Positions 18,292 to 27,454 of a DNA stretch of 64,000 nt are shown here, one piece after another (position 1 is the stretch's first letter; every line of letters begins with the position of its first letter). The DNA is from a virus, in IMG/VR virus record IMGVR_UViG_3300007609_000013, positions 10,129 to 74,128 of that record, one strand, 5' to 3'. The position numbers were made by a program, and so were the translations under genes. The notes beneath the pieces were generated by a model. That model had not been told where the DNA came from, did no database searches, and saw only the letters and a list, made by a program, of their open reading frames with translations.

Positions 18292-18632
18292 GCACACATG
18301 ACATCAACATAAATTTAAACATCTCTTTGACAGTGCACACAGATGGATCAGTGAGTGTGGCTGGTGTGAGCACACAGGATCAGTCAGCGGTGGGCGCATC
18401 ACCAGACTCTGCTGTAGGAGAGCCAGCTGAGCCACTGGGTGCAGATGAACTGCGTGAGTTGGCCGCGCCTTATAAGAAGAGTTTTGTGATTTCGCGCAAA
18501 GAGTTGGAAGCTCTCACCAAAGACGAAATCATTGCACTAGGTCAAGGCATGCTGGGTGTTGACATCTACAAGCGACAGCACAAGGATGATATCATAGCTG
18601 AGTTTTGGAGAGAGTATCGTGCTAGAAACTAG
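18288..18632 (+). CDS. hypothetical protein with Rho-N/HeH-like C-terminus
   Basis: AGGAG RBS; LEALTKDEIIALG...KDDIIAEF. Confidence 0.6.
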   Translation: MSTHDININLNISLTVHTDGSVSVAGVSTQDQSAVGASPDSAVGEPAEPLGADELRELAAPYKKSFVISRKELEALTKDEIIALGQGMLGVDIYKRQHKDDIIAEFWREYRARN

Positions 18633-19679
18633 TGCATGGTGCAGCACCGGTGCGTGTTTGGGTTCCAGCAGCTGAGCTATGTCAAAACCTGTGCTTCCTT
18701 TTGTTGAAACCATGATCACGTATGCATGCAATCTCAGTTGTGCTGGCTGTACCAACTACAGCGACTACAACATGAAAGGCAGTGTGCGTTGGGCAGAAGC
18801 AAAACAATGGCTGTTGGATTGGATTGAACGCATTGACATACCTGACTTTGGCATCATAGGAGGAGAACCCACGCTCAACCCTGAATGCAAACAATGGATC
18901 TACGGTGTCCGGCAACTGTTGCCCAACAGTCAAATAAGATTTACAACCAACGCTGTAAACTTTCATCAAAACTCACAAATACTAGACTGGTGTGTGGACA
19001 TTGGCAACTGTGTACTGAAGTTTAGCCTGCACCAAGACTTGCCCTATGCCCAAGCTGCAGTTGAACACGTGTTTGGTGCATACCAGTGGAAGCCCATCAC
19101 TGAATACGGTATAAATCGCTGGATAGGACCCAACAACACTCGTTTTCAGATCAACAGCCCAGCACAGTTTGTCAAAACCTATCGCGGCAATTTTGGCAAT
19201 ATCCGTCCGCATCACAGTTCGCCGGCTGCAGCTTTTGACATGTGTGTACAACAACAGTGTCCACTGCTGTATCAAGGAAACATCTACAAGTGCAGCAGTA
19301 TTGCGCTGTTGAATCGTGTGCTGGAGGAGTGGAATCAGCCCGTGACCAATGATTGGCAACCATACACGGATTATCAAGGCATCTCACCTGCTAGTTCTCA
19401 CCAGGAGATTTCCAAATTTATTCAAAACTTTGGCCGGCCTCACCGGATTTGCGCCATGTGTCCCAGCAAAAAAGACACAAACAGCATTATTGATCATAAA
19501 TCAAATGTGATATCAAAAAAACAATGGGTTAAACTGCGCAATGTTTAATTTGTACCTGGTGCAAACAGTGGACAAGTACGGACCAAACAGTTTTTTACCC
19601 TTGGCCGTGAGTTATCAATGGTTGGATGATATCATAGCAGAGTTTTGGAAAGAGTATTGTGCTAGAAACTAGTCCATGG
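18584..19679 (+). repeat. 56-bp imperfect direct repeat flanking a 1040-bp unit
   Basis: 18584-18639 versus 19624-19679, 4 mismatches. Confidence 0.9.
18679..19548 (+). CDS. radical SAM protein
   Basis: CNLSCAGC, IIGGEP.LNP, IYKC, C.MCP. Confidence 0.9.
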   Translation: MSKPVLPFVETMITYACNLSCAGCTNYSDYNMKGSVRWAEAKQWLLDWIERIDIPDFGIIGGEPTLNPECKQWIYGVRQLLPNSQIRFTTNAVNFHQNSQILDWCVDIGNCVLKFSLHQDLPYAQAAVEHVFGAYQWKPITEYGINRWIGPNNTRFQINSPAQFVKTYRGNFGNIRPHHSSPAAAFDMCVQQQCPLLYQGNIYKCSSIALLNRVLEEWNQPVTNDWQPYTDYQGISPASSHQEISKFIQNFGRPHRICAMCPSKKDTNSIIDHKSNVISKKQWVKLRNV

Positions 19680-20498
19680 CCCGGCATCACCACCAAAGAT
19701 CTCCACAATCACCCGGTGCCTCGGTTGCTTTTCCCACCAGGAACTAGTCAAGAAACCTATCCTAATAGCGCCACCATACCAGTGTTTCGCAACAGTCTAG
19801 GATACAGAACTGCAGAGTTTGACAGTGTAGGAGAGCATGTGCTGTGCTTGGGAGACAGTCGCACCGAAGGCATGGGTTTGTTGTCTAGCGAGCGCTGGAG
19901 CGATCTTGTGGGTCAGCAGTTAGAGTGTGATGTGGTCAATCTTGGTGTGCGTAGCATAAGCATGGACGCTATATATCTGCTTGCAGCTGCTTGGGTGCAA
20001 CATCGCCAACCATTGGCTGTGGTAGTTCAGACACCTCCTATGGTAAGGCACAGTGTATGGCACGATGTAGCGGGCGTTCCGCGTGCACACTGGTGCAATC
20101 TACACAGTAATTCTCACAGAAACCAGCGTGACAAAAAATCCTTAAGTGCAGCATACATGAACTTAGCTGAAGCTAGTATATACAATTTTGAGCATGCATG
20201 GGTTATCAATTTGTTGGCTGTACAAAATCTCTGTGCTGCTAAACAAATACCTTATTTTGCCTGGAGCTTTGACACTAAGGAAGATCAAAATACGCAAGTG
20301 TTTGACCTCTGTGAAATACTTGGCGCACAGGTGGAGCACAACCAATACAATGACAAAAACAACAGTTTGCCCATAGGTCATCCAATGGCAAACGTTTGGC
20401 CCGAAAACCACCTAGCCGCGGATGATGCTCACAGTGATGCAGACTGCAATCAAAAGTGGGCACAGCGTGTAATATTGCAACTGCCACAACTGCGCTAA
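19659..20498 (+). CDS. SGNH-like protein
   Basis: NSLGYR, LGDSRTEG.G, VNLG, ADDAH; start uncertain. Confidence 0.6.
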   Translation: MLETSPWPGITTKDLHNHPVPRLLFPPGTSQETYPNSATIPVFRNSLGYRTAEFDSVGEHVLCLGDSRTEGMGLLSSERWSDLVGQQLECDVVNLGVRSISMDAIYLLAAAWVQHRQPLAVVVQTPPMVRHSVWHDVAGVPRAHWCNLHSNSHRNQRDKKSLSAAYMNLAEASIYNFEHAWVINLLAVQNLCAAKQIPYFAWSFDTKEDQNTQVFDLCEILGAQVEHNQYNDKNNSLPIGHPMANVWPENHLAADDAHSDADCNQKWAQRVILQLPQLR

Positions 20499-20506
20499 AT
20501 ACAACT

Positions 20507-23155
20507 ATGAATATCAGCACAGATCTCTACAACAAATTAGTAGCACGTTTTCCTAGTCTAAGCATGGGCACACAAACTGCCGAAAGCACTGCCGATCCTG
20601 AAGAAGCAAGATTGTTTACCTTTGAATACGTGGAACAAGATCATGAACTAGGCACAGTCACAGTCAGCTTGCTGGCACCTGGCACACTGGAAATCATCTA
20701 CAGTCGAGGCATCACTGATGCTGTGAAAGACACAGACAACTGGTTTGATTTTTTGCACAGCATGCGAAGATTTAGTGTGCGCAACGCACTGGATTTTGAA
20801 GTACAGGACATCAGCAAGCCGGCACTTAGTCAACAAGATCTTGAAACTCGCAGTCAGCGAGCTACACCGCCAGTGGTAGGCGAAGGCCGCATGTGGGGCA
20901 GTAGAAAAACCTCATATCAAAAGTTGCCTGCTGTCAAACTGATTGTGAGACACACCTCACCAGTGGACACTGAACGCAGAGGCGCACGCAGCCGACGCAT
21001 ACATAAAATTTTTGCAGAAACTGCTGTAGGTGAAAGATTTTTGCTGCCAACCACCAGTGTGCCTGTGGCCAGAGTGTATGCCCAACACATTGCTGCAGGT
21101 GGCAAGCCCTGGGACAGCATAGCTGAACACATCACAAGATTGGCAGAACAACCACAGGGGCGTGCGCAGGTCAAGCGTGCCTGCACAGCACCTGGATACC
21201 AAGCTTTGATTGCTGCCATACAAGAGGAAAACAACAACATGGAATTACAACTCACAGAAGATCCAGCAGACGACCTGCTGGTGGCCAGTGCAGACTATGC
21301 TCGACCAGCTGACATGCTGGCAGCAGTGATGGCACTGATTGCCAGAAGAAGCACCAACCCACAGGTGGTGGAGTTTGCACAAAACTATACCCAAGACACA
21401 GCTGGTGCGATTGATCTGGCTAGACAGTGGATTGCCAGTGTGCAGGAAGGTCAGTCAGTGGAAACCACACAGCCACCGGCACAAGATCCCTCTGGGGAGT
21501 TTGACCAGTGGACACACTGGGTCACAGAGAGTGCGGAAGCCGCAGGGGCACTGCAAAATCTTGCACTGGACATGACAGGCGAAGATCAAGAAGACGTGGT
21601 GCGAATTGCACTGATGATCAAAGATGGTGCAGAGATTGAAGACATTCGCAGAGAAATATTGGATCTTGACACTGCACCGCGTGAAGAGATTCTTCGCACC
21701 ATTGATGACTTTGACAGTGACTTTTTAGCAATGTTGTTTCCTGTGGATCATGAAGAAAGCTACTACGCTGTGATGCGTGAGAATCCTGCGGCACCGCGGG
21801 ATCCAAGCAAAAGTGGTGGCAGTGGATATGATTTGTACCACAAAGATTTCTCAAGTGCGATGCAACACGCATACGACTATGCCAAGAACAAGTTGGGTGT
21901 TGACATTGACCCACAAGAGATTGATCACAAGGTTGCAAGTGGTCCTCGCAAACCATCCGCAGGCAAGACCAACATCTATCGTTTGATGGACAAAGATGGT
22001 AAGAAAGCAGTCCAGATTCAAGTTGCTAATCTCGACGATAAGAAGTTTGAACTCAACATGTATAAAGAGTCTGTAGAAATGAATGAAGCAAAATCTAAGG
22101 AACAGCAGATTGCCGATTTAGAAAAGATGTTAGGTCGTATCAGTGGCAACACTGCTTCAGTGAGAATGAAGAAGTTTGCTCTTCAGAAAAAGATTGATAA
22201 GTTGAAGAACGAAGAAGTTGAACTGGACGATGACGAATTTCACAAGGGCATGCATGTCAAACTAGGCGGTGATCCAGACAAGTTTGTTCCGCATAGAAAT
22301 CGTCCAACCACAGGCGATCACGTAGAACTGAAAGTGCCCAAAAGATATCGTAAAGCACAGGATGTGATCATAAAGATGTTTGCAAAACTCACTGGTATTG
22401 ATCCTAGTAAACTGGACGTAGATTACACAACAGGAAGTCGTACAGTAATGATCGACGGTGAAACACCTCATCCAAGCATACTAAGTGCTCTCAACGGTAC
22501 ACTGGACAAGCTGGACACAGGCGAAATAACAGGATTGTACGAAGCATTCACCACTGCTATTGCACTTGAACCTAGCTTGGGCGACGAATACAAAACAGCA
22601 GTTGACATCATCAGCAAGTATCGTCCGCAGGGTGTGACCGCAGAGCCTGAAAAAATGGATGATCACTATGAAATTGTGGTTGATGGTCCTGCCAAAGCAA
22701 TGCGTGAATTGGAACGTGAAATCCGAGCGGCTGGTGTGAGAATGCGAGCCACAGAAGATGCAGAAGCTGTGATCAGCGATGTGGACGAGGACGACGAAAT
22801 TGTGCTGGGTAACGTGGAAGTAGACGGTACACCAGTTGAAAAATTTGTGTTGTATCCTATGGGCGGTGGTGTAGATGCATTTGGCAAAACCTTCAACAGC
22901 ATGGAAGACATGTTGAAGTATGCTGAACAACAGCACGGCGGAGTCGCTGAAGCTGTGGAAGACCTTGAAGAAGACAATGCATTCAACACAGCGGCAGCCG
23001 AAGCGGCACTGGCTGACAAAAAAGAGTTTGAATTCAACGGCAAAACATATCCTGTAAAAATGAGCAAGGAAGCTGCCCGCAAGTTGGTGGGTGAGAACTT
23101 GGATCATGATTCGGCACTTGATCACATAAAGCAATTAGCAGGCTTGTTGCGATGA
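20507..23155 (+). CDS. large mosaic acidic protein, putative head-internal polyprotein
   Basis: 882 aa, Glu-delimited modules, C-terminal IKQLAGL; ATG 5 nt after TAAATA. Confidence 0.7.
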   Translation: MNISTDLYNKLVARFPSLSMGTQTAESTADPEEARLFTFEYVEQDHELGTVTVSLLAPGTLEIIYSRGITDAVKDTDNWFDFLHSMRRFSVRNALDFEVQDISKPALSQQDLETRSQRATPPVVGEGRMWGSRKTSYQKLPAVKLIVRHTSPVDTERRGARSRRIHKIFAETAVGERFLLPTTSVPVARVYAQHIAAGGKPWDSIAEHITRLAEQPQGRAQVKRACTAPGYQALIAAIQEENNNMELQLTEDPADDLLVASADYARPADMLAAVMALIARRSTNPQVVEFAQNYTQDTAGAIDLARQWIASVQEGQSVETTQPPAQDPSGEFDQWTHWVTESAEAAGALQNLALDMTGEDQEDVVRIALMIKDGAEIEDIRREILDLDTAPREEILRTIDDFDSDFLAMLFPVDHEESYYAVMRENPAAPRDPSKSGGSGYDLYHKDFSSAMQHAYDYAKNKLGVDIDPQEIDHKVASGPRKPSAGKTNIYRLMDKDGKKAVQIQVANLDDKKFELNMYKESVEMNEAKSKEQQIADLEKMLGRISGNTASVRMKKFALQKKIDKLKNEEVELDDDEFHKGMHVKLGGDPDKFVPHRNRPTTGDHVELKVPKRYRKAQDVIIKMFAKLTGIDPSKLDVDYTTGSRTVMIDGETPHPSILSALNGTLDKLDTGEITGLYEAFTTAIALEPSLGDEYKTAVDIISKYRPQGVTAEPEKMDDHYEIVVDGPAKAMRELEREIRAAGVRMRATEDAEAVISDVDEDDEIVLGNVEVDGTPVEKFVLYPMGGGVDAFGKTFNSMEDMLKYAEQQHGGVAEAVEDLEEDNAFNTAAAEAALADKKEFEFNGKTYPVKMSKEAARKLVGENLDHDSALDHIKQLAGLLR

Positions 23156-23397
23156 CTACGATTGTGCTGGTGTTCCAGTTGCTGTACATGGATTGGACAC
23201 CAGCATCCGAAGTCACTATCAGCCAACGAGCTTTTAACAGCAAAGAAGAATGTGCTGAATTCATCAATGGCCTTGTGGCAGATGGCACAGACACAGTATG
23301 GGTCGATGACAACTATGCCTTCGACTTTGTTACACCAGACAACATAAGATTTGTAGGCGGATGTTACACTCCGCAAGAATACATGCGTCTACCTTAG
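23152..23397 (+). CDS. hypothetical protein
   Basis: ATGA overlap; hydrophobic N-terminus, F.S.EEC motif. Confidence 0.55.
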   Translation: MTTIVLVFQLLYMDWTPASEVTISQRAFNSKEECAEFINGLVADGTDTVWVDDNYAFDFVTPDNIRFVGGCYTPQEYMRLP

Positions 23398-23400
23398 AAT

Positions 23401-23474
23401 TTGCCTTGGGACCGTTATAGCGAGGCAATGGGTGTGGTTAGCCCAGCAACAGCGATTCGCTACCGCTGTTGCTG
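23401..23474 (+). ncRNA. candidate structured RNA (hairpins plus possible pseudoknot)
   Basis: TTGCCTTG/CGAGGCAA; CAGCAACAGCG/CGCTGTTGCTG; loop TCGCTA complementary to TAGCGA. Confidence 0.4.
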
Positions 23475-23492
23475 AATTAACTAAAATAAAGG

Positions 23493-23521
23493 TTGACAAA
23501 AACCTATTTGATAAATATAAT
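23493..23521 (+). promoter_or_regulatory. perfect sigma70 promoter overlapping a TAAATA late motif (gp32)
   Basis: TTGACA-N17-TATAAT; TAAATA at 23512. Confidence 0.85.
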
Positions 23522-23522
23522 A

Positions 23523-23607
23523 GTGTACGATGCAAAGTAAAAGCGTCGTATGCACTAGGCATACACAGGCAAAGAGCAAAAAATAGGCAATATTAGGAGG
23601 CACTATC
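23523..23607 (+). promoter_or_regulatory. gp32 leader: hairpin plus four AGGCA repeats (putative translational operator)
   Basis: TACGATGC/GCGTCGTA stem; AGGCA at 23557, 23567, 23585, 23598. Confidence 0.6.
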
Positions 23608-24615
23608 ATGGCATCATTAGCAGAAATACGAGCTCGTCTTCAGGCAAAAGAAGACAACGGGCGATCACAATCCACAGGCGGCGACAACGCCATTTACCCA
23701 CACTGGAACATTCAAGAAGGCGAAAGCTGTACACTTCGTTTCTTACCAGACGGGGATCCAAACAACACTTTCTTTTGGGCAGAACGCCTAATGATCAAAC
23801 TGCCATTCTCTGGCATCAAAGGCGAAATGGACAGTAAACCAGTTATTGTAAACGTACCCTGCGTTGAAATGTGGCAGGAAGCATGTCCAGTTTTGGCAGA
23901 AGTTCGCACTTGGTTCAAGGACAGTTCACTGGAAGACATGGGTCGCAAGTATTGGAAAAAACGCAGTTATGTATTCCAAGGATTTGTACGTGAAAATCCA
24001 TTGCAAGAAGATACACCTGCCAACCCAATTCGCAGATTCATCATTGGGCCACAACTGTTTGCACCAATCAAAGATGCACTGATGGACCCAGAGTTGGAAG
24101 AACTGCCCACCGATTATACCGCAGGACTTGACTTTGTGATCAAGAAAACTTCAAAAGGTGGTTATGCGGATTACAGTACTTCAAAGTGGGCACGCAAGGA
24201 AACTGCATTAACCGAAGCTGAACAGGCTGCCATTGAGCAACACGGTCTTTACACACTAAACGACTTCTTGCCCAAAAAGCCCAGTGAAACAGAACTGCAA
24301 ATCATCAAACAAATGTTTGAAGATTCAGTAGATGGTCAGCCATATGATCCAGACAAGTATGGTCAGTACTATCGCCCAGCAGGCATGGCTGCTCCTGCAG
24401 GTGCTGTTGCCCCTACTCCGGCACCAACAAACCAGCCACAGTCAGCACCAATTCCGGAAGTCAAAGAAACAGCCGCTGTTGATTCGACACCACCGTTTGA
24501 TGTTGATGAAAAACCAGCCGAAGCGTCGGCATCAGTTGAAACAGAAGCTAAACCGTCTGGCGATCGTGCACAAGATATCTTGGCAATGATTCGCAGTAGA
24601 CAATCATCTTCCTAA
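23608..24615 (+). CDS. single-stranded DNA-binding protein (T4 gp32-like)
   Basis: LRFLPD, C....CPV, YWKKRSY, GYADYSTS.W, flexible acidic tail. Confidence 0.9.
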   Translation: MASLAEIRARLQAKEDNGRSQSTGGDNAIYPHWNIQEGESCTLRFLPDGDPNNTFFWAERLMIKLPFSGIKGEMDSKPVIVNVPCVEMWQEACPVLAEVRTWFKDSSLEDMGRKYWKKRSYVFQGFVRENPLQEDTPANPIRRFIIGPQLFAPIKDALMDPELEELPTDYTAGLDFVIKKTSKGGYADYSTSKWARKETALTEAEQAAIEQHGLYTLNDFLPKKPSETELQIIKQMFEDSVDGQPYDPDKYGQYYRPAGMAAPAGAVAPTPAPTNQPQSAPIPEVKETAAVDSTPPFDVDEKPAEASASVETEAKPSGDRAQDILAMIRSRQSSS

Positions 24616-24687
24616 GATAAAACAAGGTCCTAACGGATATGAGCGAAGAGTCTATGCACCGCCTTGCTCATTTATTTGGAGCATTTA

Positions 24688-25764
24688 ATGGCAAAACCTT
24701 TTGACGTAAGTAAATTTAGAAAAGACATCACAAAAAGCATTGATGGTCTTAGTATCGGGTTCAATGACCCAACTGATTGGATCTCAACAGGAAACTATGC
24801 ATTAAACTATCTTGTATCAGGTGATTTCCATCGTGGTATTCCACTAGGCAAGGTTACTGTATTTGCAGGCGAGTCTGGATCAGGTAAAAGTTTTATGTGC
24901 AGTGGAAGTATTGTACGTCATGCACAGCAACAAGGCATCTATGTAGTGCTGATTGACAGCGAAAACGCACTAGACGAAAGTTGGTTACACGCATTAGGTG
25001 TCGACACCAGCGAAGAAAAACTGCTCAAACTCAGCATGGCAATGATTGACGATGTTGCCAAAACCATTTCTACATTCATGAAAGACTACAAGACCATCGA
25101 AGAAGAAGAACGGCCTAAAGTGTTGTTTGTTGTCGATAGTCTTGGCATGTTAATGAGTCCAACAGAACTTAACCAGTTTGAAGCAGGTGATATGAAAGGT
25201 GACATGGGCCGCAAAGCCAAAGCACTCAAAGCACTTGTTACCAACTGTGTTAACATGTTTGGAGCACACAATGTTGGCATGGTGTGTACCAACCACACAT
25301 ATGCTAGCCAAGACATGTTTGATCCAGATGACAAAATTGCAGGTGGGCAAGGCTTTATCTATGCAAGCAGTATTGTGGTTGCAATGAAGAAGTTAAAGCT
25401 AAAGGAAGATGCCGACGGCAACAAAGTAAGTCAAGTATTGGGCATACGATCCGGTTGCAAAGTGATGAAAAGTCGTTATGCTAAACCTTTTGAAAGTGTG
25501 CAGTTAAAAATCCCATACGAAACAGGACTTGATCCATATAGTGGTCTTTTGGAGTTGTTTGAAAAAGCAGGGCTAATTACAAAAGACGGCAACAAGCTCA
25601 AATACGTCAGCAAGTCAGGCAACGAAATCAAAGAATTTCGCAAGAATTGGACAGGCGAGTGTCTTGATGTAGTCATTGGTGATTTGCAAAGCAGCGGAAG
25701 TGTTGAACTAGAAGCCAAAGTTGACGTTGACGTCGACGTAGAAGAACAAGAGGCAGCTGAATAA
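24688..25764 (+). CDS. uvsX: RecA-like recombinase UvsX
   Basis: GESGSGKS, IDSENA, VVDSLG, NHTY, GGQG. Confidence 0.92.
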   Translation: MAKPFDVSKFRKDITKSIDGLSIGFNDPTDWISTGNYALNYLVSGDFHRGIPLGKVTVFAGESGSGKSFMCSGSIVRHAQQQGIYVVLIDSENALDESWLHALGVDTSEEKLLKLSMAMIDDVAKTISTFMKDYKTIEEEERPKVLFVVDSLGMLMSPTELNQFEAGDMKGDMGRKAKALKALVTNCVNMFGAHNVGMVCTNHTYASQDMFDPDDKIAGGQGFIYASSIVVAMKKLKLKEDADGNKVSQVLGIRSGCKVMKSRYAKPFESVQLKIPYETGLDPYSGLLELFEKAGLITKDGNKLKYVSKSGNEIKEFRKNWTGECLDVVIGDLQSSGSVELEAKVDVDVDVEEQEAAE

Positions 25765-25977
25765 ATGGAAAAAGAATTACTAGAAGCAATGTACAATGCG
25801 TTTGTAAAGTATGTGTCGGGTAAGGAAAAACAAGGATGCGTTGATCATGTGGTTGCAGACATCATTGATGCTGGCGCCGACGAAGAAACGTTGGTTTACT
25901 TGAGCAACGTGGACAGATATCTCAAGCAGTCAATATCCGAGCAAGCAGACATTGACACTTACCACGAGGATGAGTAA
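25765..25977 (+). CDS. hypothetical protein
   Basis: between uvsX and uvsY. Confidence 0.6.
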   Translation: MEKELLEAMYNAFVKYVSGKEKQGCVDHVVADIIDAGADEETLVYLSNVDRYLKQSISEQADIDTYHEDE

Positions 25978-25982
25978 ACACT

Positions 25983-26441
25983 GTGACATGGTATTCCAAG
26001 GTAACAGATGACCTAGGTGCGATTCCAAATTTTATTTTTTTCTATGAGCAAGAAATAGAACAAGCCAAGCGAGAATGTGCTGTAAAAGGCAACCTGGAAA
26101 AAAATATCTCGTCCTTGCCAGGAATCACAGAACACAGGTTTAATCAACTTCAAGAAATCGAAGCAGTGCTAAACTTTCTCAACATACAGCTGAGAAAGAT
26201 TCGACGCAAACACTTTCAAAAATATCTAGAAAACTATCAGCGTGCACTCAGCAGTAGAGATGCTGAAAAATACGTAGACGGTGAAGACGAAGTGGTTGAC
26301 TTTGAAACCATCATTAACGAAGTGGCACTGTTGAGAAACAAATGGTTGGGCATAATGAAAGGTCTTGAAGCAAAGCAGTGGCAAATGGGTCACATAACAC
26401 GACTGAGAACAGCAGGAATGGAAGATGTCACTATTGGCTGA
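25983..26441 (+). CDS. uvsY: recombination mediator UvsY-like
   Basis: coiled coil, YLE.Y.RAL..RDAEKYVDG, position after uvsX. Confidence 0.75.
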   Translation: MTWYSKVTDDLGAIPNFIFFYEQEIEQAKRECAVKGNLEKNISSLPGITEHRFNQLQEIEAVLNFLNIQLRKIRRKHFQKYLENYQRALSSRDAEKYVDGEDEVVDFETIINEVALLRNKWLGIMKGLEAKQWQMGHITRLRTAGMEDVTIG

Positions 26442-26694
26442 AATTGATCTTGAACAGCACTATAGAGAAATGACAGGGTGTGTTAGATCGATCAACAGTG
26501 TATGGAAGCACATGAACGAAGGCGAGCAGGCTCATTGCAAAGAGTTGGCCAATGATTTGTATGATACTTGGGATAAACTACAACACTGTTACTATACTCA
26601 CGACGAAGATCAACTAGAATATGTGTATGCACTGTATTCCAGCATACTCAATGATTATCAAACATACGCAACCTGGGCAACACTGAGAAAATAG
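26425..26694 (+). CDS. hypothetical protein
   Basis: operon context. Confidence 0.55.
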   Translation: MSLLAEIDLEQHYREMTGCVRSINSVWKHMNEGEQAHCKELANDLYDTWDKLQHCYYTHDEDQLEYVYALYSSILNDYQTYATWATLRK

Positions 26695-26695
26695 C

Positions 26696-27454
26696 ATGCT
26701 ACCATCTTTTGAATCACACAACCAAAGTCATCAACACAGTCTAGCAACACTGGAAGTATTAGATGAATTCACTAGTTTTATGGAGAGCATTGACACTGTG
26801 GTAGACATGGGCTGTGGCCATGGCAATGATGTTTTTTGGTGGGCCACCAGACGAGATCCAGAACCTCCACATGTGCCGAGAAACTACAATGTTATCGGTG
26901 TTGATAAACAGATCAGTAGACAAAATCCTAATCTTGCCAACTGCTCAAATGTTGAAATCAAAGTAGCAGATTTTGAAACTGTGGATTTGCCAGCTGGCAC
27001 TGTGGATGTGTTGTGGTGTCACAACAGTTTTCATTTTGCAAAAAATCCTCTAGCAACCCTGCAACACTGGAACAGTCTTGTCAGCGATGGTGGATTTATC
27101 TATCTGTGTTTGCCATACACTGCGAACAGGCATTACAATCAATTTAGTGGCAAATCTCAGTCTCACAGTTTTTTCCACTACATGCCCAGCAACACTGTGT
27201 ACATGCTAGCTTGTGCTGGTTTTGATCTCAGTGACAGCAGATTTGTAAAATTTGACGGTGATGTGTTTTTTCACATCGCAGGATACAAAGATACCAGCGA
27301 AGTGGACTACAACTTGACCTGGTATGAACTTGCTGAAACCGGCAGACTGCCCAGTAGTTTGTGTAGTACTATTCAACGCAAAGGTTATGTTGATGACTAT
27401 GAGTTGGTAGGTGAGTGGTTCAATGGCAGTCGTTGTAGTTTCGACAAGCAGTAA
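26696..27454 (+). CDS. class I SAM-dependent methyltransferase
   Basis: VVDMGCGHG, DVLWCH.SF. Confidence 0.8.
   Translation: MLPSFESHNQSHQHSLATLEVLDEFTSFMESIDTVVDMGCGHGNDVFWWATRRDPEPPHVPRNYNVIGVDKQISRQNPNLANCSNVEIKVADFETVDLPAGTVDVLWCHNSFHFAKNPLATLQHWNSLVSDGGFIYLCLPYTANRHYNQFSGKSQSHSFFHYMPSNTVYMLACAGFDLSDSRFVKFDGDVFFHIAGYKDTSEVDYNLTWYELAETGRLPSSLCSTIQRKGYVDDYELVGEWFNGSRCSFDKQ

Noticed and set aside
22481-23134. Long antisense ORFs (also 44872..45510, 4076..4501, 51750..52226)
   Set aside because: These are shadows of well-supported plus-strand genes, with no RBS or motifs.
24616-24687. Riboswitch between gp32 and uvsX
   Set aside because: Only one imperfect hairpin (ATGAGC/GCTCAT) and no recognisable aptamer consensus.
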